DNA from: Chrysomallon squamiferum
Lineage: Eukaryota; Animalia; Mollusca
Direction of reading: 5' to 3'
Assembly (NCBI GenBank): GCA_012295275.1
Contig: CM022671.1
Location: 13,454,001-13,518,000 of the forward strand
Length of the DNA stretch: 64,000 nt
The first letter of the stretch is position 1. Each line of letters starts with the position of its first letter. Under the pieces are notes generated by a model. The model ran no database searches, had not been told where the DNA came from, and saw only the letters and a list, made by a program, of their open reading frames with translations. Shown in pieces: positions 54,961 through 64,000 of the stretch. The position numbers were made by a program, and so were the translations under genes.

Positions 54961-57544
54961 TTGAATATAAATATTATATTGAAAGTGGTGTCTCAACATT
55001 TGTTCAGCTACTTCTTCGTTCTAATTTTCAGCCAAAAACCAGACAAATGGATCAAGAGGAGAAAAGTCTGTTTGCCCGTCTAAGATAATTACAAATACGG
55101 TTATTTCCTTGATTCGTTGAATCTTTTTGTCTTTAACGATTTAACACCAAACTAATTTTGCTAACTAAAATGATAAAACGAAGCCGCATTTTCCTGTTTC
55201 TCTCTAATCTTACAATACTGATTGACACAGCAGGCTTTAAAAGCTTTAAAACAATAAATGATCAATAGGAAACAAGAATAACACATGATATCTTATAAGT
55301 TTAATCTGTTTATTCAAACTGTGATCTATTTGTTTGAAAGAACTGACGTCTGGGATTATCACTGGAATTGTCTGCCACCTTTATTTCAGTTAAACAAGAA
55401 TAAATAAAACCAAAGTTGAAATGATAATGTATTATATAATAAAACCAGAGATTGCCCTTATCAGATATGACATCATAATTATTCAACTCTTTAGTCATTT
55501 CATCTTGTACACTGTCATCTCACAACTAAGAAGTTCTCTAAAGATGTTATATCCAAAGTTACCATGATTCCACAACTGTAATGGCACCTGATGTCACGTG
55601 TTTGGTACCTTGAACCATCGCAATACATACTGCCCTTTGATTCTGTTGTTCATATTTTTATTCTTGGCAGTTGGCTCGGACAGGTAGAGGGTTTTATCGT
55701 GAAGTGAAGACGTGAGGTTGAACCCAGGCGTTCCCTCTCTCCAGATGGCTTTGGTTGAAGAAATGAACCGTCCACTAGTTTAATATGTGAAAGGCTGTCA
55801 CTGGTAATTGTTTGACAAGTGAAGGTAATACATAGGCAGCCCTTTTATGAGCAAATTCATGGAGCTGAAAATTATTTGGTTAAAAAAATGTACTTGCGAA
55901 TGTGAAAGAGAACGATTATTTCTTCATTTATCTAAAATGGAATTAAAATGTGTTTGTTTTTGTAGCAATAAAAATAACCCTGTCTAAACTGTTACATTTA
56001 CAAGCATTATATATGATGTCGGCATTCATTATCATAAAATAAAACTTCAATATTGTAATATATAAACAATAAATTGTCTAAAACATGCAATTAATCAACA
56101 GCCAACAAATGCATGATACTATTCTAGTTACACTTGTTTGTTCCTCTATGAATGGTACAGGAATACATTTAAAGTTAGATAAGCTAATTAATAAAACAAA
56201 TTAATTGGAAGACAATAACTGAAAACACCTATTACAGCACAAATCAACATTACATGAGTTTATACTATAATTGATGCAAATGCACACACACACACACATA
56301 CATGTATAAATTGTAATTCAAAAATGTATCATTGTTCATGTTAAATCCAGGAATGCTTTCAAAGAATATTATTAATAACCCCAGGATTTGGCATTAGGAT
56401 GCAATGCATAATACAGTTAATTTTTAGAGAGAAGGGCAGAGTTTTTTGAGGCTGAGTTATTTCGGACCGTCTAGGGAAAGTTTTGGGCTGAAGGGAATTG
56501 TTTAGGAGCTGATGGGAGTGGTTTCGGGTTTAAGAATGTGATTTCTGATTGACCGGGGTGTGCATTGGGGCTGAAGTGAGTTAATTTGGACTGACCAAGG
56601 CAGTGATTTGGAGATGAGGGTAGTGAAATAGACTAGTCTGGGCGTGTGTTTCATTTCACCGATGTCTGTTCTTCACCTTTCAATGGTATAAGAATATAGG
56701 ATTATGAATGAAGACAAATATCACATGTTAAATTTGTGACACATTATCTTGTATTATTAAAAAAAAATTGTTTTGTTGTTGGTTTGCATTTTTATTTTAT
56801 TTTTTAATGTTTTTAATATTTTAACAAAGTCTTTGACAAACATATTTGTTTTTAAACAGCCTTTTATCATTTTTATATTCCATTTCTTTACAGACTGTTT
56901 TAAGAATTTAAATCCCACACTTTGACTTGAATTAAAAAACAGGAAATTATTCCAAATATTTATTTACATGCTGATAACCCTTAGAAAGATTTAAATCAAA
57001 AGTGTAAATAATAATTTAGGTTTGAATAAATTCAGTTCTTTAGTTGATGTATTTATTTTATTATTATTATTGATGTTGTTGTTGATAGTAGTTTTTTCTT
57101 GTGTTAATATTACTGTTGTCACTGTGTTTTTGTTTCTGTTGTTATTATTATTGTTTTGATTTCACTGTTGTTTTATTTTATTTTATTTTGGTGGGTTGTG
57201 GGTCGTTTTTATTGTTCTTTTTTTTAAATTTTGTTTTTAATGTGTTGCTTTAAAGATAGTTCTGCTCTAAGAATGAACAACATTTTACAAAGCATGCAAT
57301 ACAAAACTAAAAAGTGAAAGGTTAAGCAACAGACTTCCACTGACATAACTAGTAGTTTAATTTTAATTACCAAAGATAATGGGCAAGACTGTTAAAGATA
57401 TTAGAGCAGCTAATCTGTAACCAGTCTGCTCTATCTTCAAACAATATTTATGAATAACCCGAGTCTTTTATATATATTATAAGAGTGTGACGAGAGTAAC
57501 AAGTCTGAATGAATCACCAAAATATCAATAATATCATGAGTAAT

Positions 57545-57731
57545 TGTTATGTTTTAACATTAAAACATAAAGTTCATTTAATTTCCAAATAATTTATTTC
57601 GTTTCAAAAATTGCTACAAACAAAAGTGACGCATGCTCCCGGTGGCTTTATATAATACTGTCCCTTCTTCCGGTTCCCTTAAACATCGTAAACTGTAACA
57701 ATGTTAACTATAACACCATTTAAATACAACA
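57545..57731 (-). mobile_element. Candidate 3' LTR of the Gypsy element (187 bp)
   Basis: On the minus strand, polypurine tract GGAGGGGAGGAAG (57732-57744) directly precedes TGTTGT, and the segment ends ...ACATAACA. It contains TATATAAA and ATTAAA. The distal end cannot be confirmed without a second LTR. Confidence 0.7.
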
Positions 57732-58044
57732 CTTCCTCCCCTCCAAATTTTCAATTTACCCACAAATTATGTTATATGTAAATTTCTAAAATAAATTTGT
57801 GTGATTTACTAATTAGTAATAATTAAACAATGGAACTTTGAACTTAAAAAATAAACTTTTTTTTTTTTTTTTTTTGAACACCATAATAGTTCAATTACAG
57901 TTTATCAAGTATGTTCATTGGTCACATATGGAACTTCAAATCACATATATTATTCTGAAAACAAAAATATATAATAAAAAAAATAACACTAATTCTACAA
58001 TCTTTCAATGAATTCCGTATTACACATATTCAGATTAAATCACT

Positions 58045-60699
58045 TTAAATAGTTTCTATCAGTCTTTGAGGTGTTTTTCGAGCACGTCTAGGATATCTTG
58101 GGGTAGACGGTATTGGTAGTTGCGGTACATCGTCAACAGTATCGTCGATGGCATTAGAAGCATCCTCTACGGCATTAGAAGTAACCGTTCTATTTTCGAT
58201 CTCAGTCTCTTCCACCTGAACAGTTGGTTCAACAAATTCCATTTCAGACTCCGTACCAATTGCAGACAGTTCTGGGAACGGGTTCCTATTATCCTCCAAA
58301 TGCACACATTTACGAAGTTGATCCACATGTCTTTTACACACAAAATCTCCAATTTTCACTCTGTAGGTAACAGGCCCTAGCTGACACAGTACTTTTCCAC
58401 TCAACCACTTGTCAGATCCTCTGTAGTTCCTCACTTGTACTGAATCTCCAACATTGAACACCCGTGTTTTACTTGCTTTTGGAATAGTTCTTTTTTTAAC
58501 AGAGTTCTCCAAACTTGGACGCAAAATATCCAATCTCGTTCGAACACGTCTGCCAAGAAACAATTCTGATGGAGTACATTTTGTAGTACAGTGTGGAGTG
58601 TTCCGATACGCAAACAAGAATGATGAAATCTTCTGGTTCATGGTTCGTGACTCATGTTCAACTGTTTTCATTGCAGTTTTGAAAGTACGAACAGCTCTTT
58701 CTGCCTCACCATTTGAACTTGGATGGTATGGAGCTGATTTGATGTGTTTCACTCCATTTTTCTTAAGAAATGTTTCAAATTCCTCTGCAACAAACTGAGG
58801 TCCATTATCAGAAATCAACTGCTCTGGCATTCCATAACTTGCAAAGAGATTTCTCAATGTCTCTACTGCATGCGTTGCTCTGGTACTGGACATTCGAAAA
58901 ACTTCCATCCATTTAGAATGTGCATCCACCACAATCATGAACATTTCTTTCATAAATGATCCAGCAAAATCAACATGTATTCTTTGCCATGGTTTGGTGG
59001 GCCAAATCCATGCATTAGCTGTACTTTTTGGCATGACTGTTTGTTGTAGTTGGCAACACTTACACTTGCTAACTTTCTTTTCTATGTCAATATCCATATG
59101 AGGCCACCACACATGCAATCTAGCCAAAGATTTCATTCGCACAATTCCAGGATGATTTTCATGAAGATAATACAGAATATCTGTTCGATATTTATCGGGA
59201 ATAATCACTCGCATTCCTCTGAGAAGACAGTTTTCCTCCACGGTTAATTCATCTTTCACTCTGAAATAAGGTAACAGCTCTGGTGAAATAGAAGACTCTT
59301 CTGGCCATCCATACATGTTATAATGTACAACCCGAGATAATACTTTGTCAACTGCAGTTGCTTTAGCAATATTTCTTGCAGTGATAGGTAATCCATTGAC
59401 TTGATTTCTCATTGCTTGCTTGTCTTCATGCCAAAACACACTTTCAGATATTTCTTCAGTTTGCAGAAGTGGTAGTCGGGACAGTGCATCAGCATTTCCA
59501 TTTTTGGTGGTTTTTCTGTATTTAATGTCAAACTGATATGCGGCTAACTGAATAGCCCAACGCTGTAGTCGAGAGGCTGTCAGAACTGGAATATTCTTTT
59601 TAGGTCCAAGAATCATTGTCAGTGGTTTATGATCTGTGAACAAAGTAAATCTTCTACCATACAGGTACTGATGGAACTTGTGTATTCCAAAAATTATTGC
59701 CAGTGCTTCTTTCTCAATTTGGGAATACTTGCGTTCTGTGGATGTCAGAGTTCTAGAAGCGTATGCTATTGGCCTATCTGATCCTTCATTTCCATGTGAT
59801 ATTACCGCTCCAAGACCATGCGCAGATGCATCTACTGCCAACATTACTGGTTTCATTGGGTCATAGTGCACAAGAATTTTAGATGATGCTAACAGTTTTC
59901 CCACTTTGGAAAATGCTTGCTGACAATCATCACTCCATTTCCACTCTGTATCTTTGGTTAACAACGCTGTTAGCGGTGCCACCACTGTTGACATGTTGGG
60001 TACAAACTTGCGATAGTAATTCACAATACCTAACCAAGATTGCAACTCACTCTTGTTCTTAGGTTCAGGCACTTTCAGAATAGCTTCAACTTTTCTTTCA
60101 GAAGGTTGAATCCCATTTTTGTTCACAATAAATGCAAAGTACTCAACTTCATCTTTCATCAATGCACATTTTGACCTTTTCAGTTGAATTCCATATTTTT
60201 CTAGGCGTTTCAAAGTGTTTTTCAAATGTTTCAAGTGTTCAGTGTCATCCTTTCCAGTGACTATGATGTCATCCAAAATGTAACCTACACCTTTTAGCCC
60301 TTGAAGCACTTTGTCCATAGTTTGTTGAAAAATAGCAGGTGCTGCAGCAACTCCAAATGGCAACCTTGTATAGCGATAAAGTCCAAGGTGAGTATTGATT
60401 GTGACATAGTTCCTCGACTGTTCATCAAGCAACACTTGCTGGTATGCATGTGACAAATCCAGTTTGGAGAACTTTTGTCCTCCATTGAGTTTGCTGAAAA
60501 TGTCTTCTGCAGTGGGCAAAGGGTACTCAGGCACTTCCAACACAGGATTTATGGTAACCTTGTAATCGCCACAAATGCGAATGGTATTGTCAGGTTTTAA
60601 ATCAGGTACAATAGGAGAAGCCCATTCAGAAAAATCTACCTTTTCTAGAATTCCTTCTGCTTCAAGTCTGTGAAGTTCATCAGCTATCTTTTCCTTCAA
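58045..60699 (-). CDS. pol: Gypsy pol polyprotein (RT - RNase H - integrase), N-terminally truncated
   Basis: 884-aa open frame. RT: WASPIV, RICGDYK, KLDLSHAYQQ, RLPFG, ILDD. RNase H: DAS, EKEALA, TDHKPL, NADALSR. Integrase: HENH...CKCC, HVDFAG, SDNGPQF, NGEAER. Confidence 0.95.
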   Translation of the reverse strand: MKEKIADELHRLEAEGILEKVDFSEWASPIVPDLKPDNTIRICGDYKVTINPVLEVPEYPLPTAEDIFSKLNGGQKFSKLDLSHAYQQVLLDEQSRNYVTINTHLGLYRYTRLPFGVAAAPAIFQQTMDKVLQGLKGVGYILDDIIVTGKDDTEHLKHLKNTLKRLEKYGIQLKRSKCALMKDEVEYFAFIVNKNGIQPSERKVEAILKVPEPKNKSELQSWLGIVNYYRKFVPNMSTVVAPLTALLTKDTEWKWSDDCQQAFSKVGKLLASSKILVHYDPMKPVMLAVDASAHGLGAVISHGNEGSDRPIAYASRTLTSTERKYSQIEKEALAIIFGIHKFHQYLYGRRFTLFTDHKPLTMILGPKKNIPVLTASRLQRWAIQLAAYQFDIKYRKTTKNGNADALSRLPLLQTEEISESVFWHEDKQAMRNQVNGLPITARNIAKATAVDKVLSRVVHYNMYGWPEESSISPELLPYFRVKDELTVEENCLLRGMRVIIPDKYRTDILYYLHENHPGIVRMKSLARLHVWWPHMDIDIEKKVSKCKCCQLQQTVMPKSTANAWIWPTKPWQRIHVDFAGSFMKEMFMIVVDAHSKWMEVFRMSSTRATHAVETLRNLFASYGMPEQLISDNGPQFVAEEFETFLKKNGVKHIKSAPYHPSSNGEAERAVRTFKTAMKTVEHESRTMNQKISSFLFAYRNTPHCTTKCTPSELFLGRRVRTRLDILRPSLENSVKKRTIPKASKTRVFNVGDSVQVRNYRGSDKWLSGKVLCQLGPVTYRVKIGDFVCKRHVDQLRKCVHLEDNRNPFPELSAIGTESEMEFVEPTVQVEETEIENRTVTSNAVEDASNAIDDTVDDVPQLPIPSTPRYPRRARKTPQRLIETI

Positions 60700-61135
60700 A
60701 GCATAAGGTACTGGTCTAGCCTTGAAAAACTTTGGAGTAACATTATTGATGTCTCTTCCATTTAAAATTTAAGAAAATTAAGTTTCATAATACCCCTGAT
60801 TTTCATTTCTCCTTGCCAGCAGTTGGAATTATATATGTTGCTTTTGAGATTATGATACAAAGTGCTAATATAAATTAAATAATTGTAACTGTTTATTCTA
60901 TTTTTCAGTAGTTTCTTTTATTATAAATAAATACAAATGAAGTTTAAAACATTGATACAAGTGATTTATTTATTAACTCAGTCTGGTTTGACTTTTTGAA
61001 TCAGTTGTTTCGTAATTGGTGCAATTTTAATCATAAAAATAAAATTAATGTATTAATTACAGCTATTATTTAGATTAAAGACTGCTATCAGTAAGTTCCT
61101 TGTTTTCTTTTTTTAATTATCGTAAATCAACTCTA

Positions 61136-61168
<33 letters not shown>

Positions 61169-62013
61169 ACTTAATTGACATTGCTTTGTTTATATACTAA
61201 TCTTATATTGGTTTTGTTAATTTTTTCTTCTGTATTAAAAATGATTTCTCCTGATTTCTGGATTAAATTCGTAGCTCGGATTGGAACGTATTTTCAACAT
61301 AATATGGCTGTAGACTACAGATTTATGAAAGAATTTTCCTTCTAGAACTCATGAAATTAAAAGTATGTGTTGTAAGTGAAATGAACTGATATTATTGATA
61401 TTTGAGTTTCCTTTATTAGTGTTGTGTGATTACAAGTTAAAACATATTTCTATGTAATTGCTGAAACAATTATTTATTTATTTATTTATTTACCATATTA
61501 AAGAGTAAAAACCCACTTCAGCTACATTCCAAGGCTTTGTACCATTTAGAAACATAGAAATTAATGATAAACCATATTTCTTCCAAAGTGGGGGGAATAC
61601 AATACATTTTGAAGTTGATATCTATTTTTCTTAATTTAACTGACCCTAAGAACAATTTTTACTACAATTTTCAATTTGTAATACAGGACATAGCGATATA
61701 ATTAAATAGCTCTGCCAAATAACAGCAGCAGATTTCACATTTCCTGTTTAAGTAACTATATATATATAAACTTAGCATTGTAAAAAAATGCTAACAATAA
61801 AAATGTTTACAGTAAAAAAGGAATGCAGGCATTTTTATAAAAATTTATAAAGATTAATAAATAAGGAGGATTACTTGTGATAAATGGTAAAAACCTAGAC
61901 ACTTTAAAAAATCCATAATATTAATAGCCTTTGGGATATTTAATTACTGGAAATATAAAATTATGATATTATTATAATTATTTCTTTATGAAGTGTCTGT
62001 TGCATAAGCTGGG

Positions 62014-64000
62014 ATGATCATCAAGCAGCTTTTCTCAGTCTCCATTCTGGTGAGATTTAGACAACTGAGTGCAGTCTGCTGCTCAGTTCAGGAAAATATA
62101 TGGAGCTTTAAACAACTTTGTTCTAGTTCTCAAGGTATTACAAACTTCAGATTTATTTATTCTTAATCATAAAAGTAGACTGCATGATTCTTTTCAAAAA
62201 GAAGGTTTTAATTCTAAATGATTTTGAAAACAAATACTTATCATAATCAATTAATACAATTTTTGTTTTTAAATTGTTATTTAGATCAACTGGATGATGA
62301 TTTTCTAAATGATTCAAAACAAAACCAGTTTTTACATGAGATTTGTAGCATCCCTAACAATGGTCATCAAGTGTTTGTCATTCAGCCACATATGTTTACT
62401 TGTTAAGTATAATTTGTATGGTAATCAAAGCAACGTTTAACCACTTTCTAGTATCCAGTTCAAGTTATTTACAGAAATTAACATTTGATATGAAATATTT
62501 AGTCTTAAACTTTTTGAAGTTTCCCATAAAAATATTAGTGCATTATCTGGTTTGGAATCTTTTGTAATGTAGGTGACATTTTGCAACCAATAAAAATATT
62601 TATAATCGTAAATCGGTTGTTGTTGTTGTTGTTGATGCCATTACAATTCATGATACAGCATTCAATAATTTGAAATATGATTGAACACTGTTATGATATA
62701 GTAAATAATGTTTTGGGATAATTTTTTAAACAGTAAACTAGCAAGTCATCAGCCAGCTATTGTGTGAATCTGAAATCATGGCAGTAGACTTTGTCACCAA
62801 ACTCTATCGAAATTATCAGTGAGATGATTCAAAAGCACATTTTTCATGTCCTGCATATGAAAATGTTTTCCTAAATTTCTGTGGTACATATATAGAAGAA
62901 CATACATAAATATAAGAACTGGTGCTCTTTAATAATTTAGTATTTATTACTTTAGACTGTGGTGCCACTGAAGCTGCCAGTTACAAGTCAAATATTTTCA
63001 CCATTGACTTTTTCAAAACTAACAGAACAAATCACAGCTACTCCCAGTATTAGTGCAGTTCTGATTGGTGTTGATCAACTAAAATCTGATCAGTTTCTCA
63101 AACTACAGCAGGTGTGGGCTGTGCCTGTATTTGACAGGTTGGATGACAATCTTTACATATTTAACTTTTTAATAATAGTAATAATAATAATAATAATAAT
63201 AATAGTAATCATAAATAAGTAAATTTTACTTGTCATTATTATTATTTTTTTTTTACACTATTCAGTTATCCCCAAAGACCCAAAGACCAGCTGTTTGCAA
63301 CACTTGATGTTACAGCCCATGCAGGCAGATTACCCAATAAGATGACAGCTGTTTTCATTGACACAGTTGGATTTATTTCTGACATTCTGCTGGATTTGAT
63401 CAATGCTTTTGCTGCTACTCTAGAAGATACTGTTCTTGCTGTAAGGAACTAAATAGAACTAACACACATTTTTCATCTCATATCTACTTCTCTCTAAGAC
63501 AGGGCCTATAAATGTGTTGGACAAACAATAACTTAAAAATATCCATTTTTAGGTAAGAACTTTAAAAATCCAAGCAAATCCAACTTTATAAAAGGATATG
63601 ACTGCTAATTCCCCAGTTATGTTTAAAAACAAATGAAAATGATTTGTTTTATGCCAGAAGTAACATTTATTGATGTTAGCAATTATTATAAATATTTTGA
63701 GGAATTCATATTCAACTAGTTAAAATGAAAATTACATGCATTATCACATTAAAATATATTTTACATTAATATCTTTACACCAGTTTATCCAAATAATTTA
63801 ATTTGAAGGCATGATTTAATCTATGTAGTTGTTTTTGCTACTTGCTTATTCTCTTCTTGCATCAGGATGCTATTGTACATGTATGAGACATAAGCCATCC
63901 AGACCCAGAAGCTCAGCATGATAATGTTATTGGGACGTTAAGGATGATGCTATCATCAGCTCAGATGTCAAATATTATAAGTCTACAATAAAGTTGATTT
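62014..64000 (+). pseudogene. GTPBP6: GTPBP6 (mitochondrial HflX GTPase) unprocessed pseudogene, runs off the window end
   Basis: Exon remnants at 62014-62134 (targeting-peptide-like), 62285-~62390 (GHQVFVIQP, then broken), 62957-63137 (...QQVWAVPVFDR), ~63270-63440 (PKDQLFATLDVTAHAGRLP...DTVGFISD) and 63866-64000 (HV*DISHPD). There is a TGA at 63884 and a frameshift before VYNKVD. The exons for the helical domain and G1 P-loop are absent. Confidence 0.85.

Larger units (their letters stand above)
57545..60745 (-). mobile_element. 5'-truncated Ty3/Gypsy (Mag-like) LTR retrotransposon
   Basis: pol, 3' UTR, PPT and LTR are present. Similarity ends just upstream of NVTPKFFKARPVPYAL (~60745). 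No protease, gag, PBS or 5' LTR is visible. Confidence 0.88.

Noticed and set aside
55671-55824. GC-richer exon-like segment with AG/GT boundaries
   Set aside because: Stops in all three plus-strand frames and no recognisable homology. It cannot be supported as a gene.
57350-57486. Possible short Helitron-like element (minus-strand TCTTATAATATATATAAAAG...CTACTAG)
   Set aside because: No A|TC insertion context and no convincing GC-rich hairpin near the 3' end.
58120-60485. Short ORFs overlapping pol on both strands
   Set aside because: Shadow frames of the pol coding sequence with no recognisable motifs.
63884-63886. In-frame TGA in GTPBP6 as selenocysteine or readthrough
   Set aside because: The position corresponds to Arg in HVRD (a CpG transition), and the gene also has a frameshift and missing exons.

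Overview
AT-rich animal genomic DNA with spliceosomal GT-AG introns, probably a lophotrochozoan such as a mollusc (inferred from an intron-containing USP gene and the transposon types). Bases 1-50 kb are gene-dense. Six intact genes were spliced by hand: a TMEM116-like 7TM gene (-) head-to-head with PIERCE1 (+), a Slob/PXK-like pseudokinase with an N-terminal membrane anchor and a C-terminal WH2 motif (+), cathepsin C (-) head-to-head with ARL8 (+), and a universal stress protein gene (-). Bases 50-64 kb hold decayed elements: Tigger, LINE and gag remnants, a 5'-truncated Gypsy element with an open pol and a 3' LTR, and a GTPBP6/HflX pseudogene. The strongest observations are: (1) a tandem-duplicated exon pair only 54 nt apart in the USP gene, probably mutually exclusive; (2) a shared CTSC/ARL8 promoter with three MiT/TFE M-boxes; (3) the TM-pseudokinase-WH2 architecture with candidate microexons; (4) a ~330-bp inverted repeat in a CTSC intron; (5) TCG(G) motifs at ~10-bp spacing in promoter regions. 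No database searches were run, so family assignments rest on recalled motifs.
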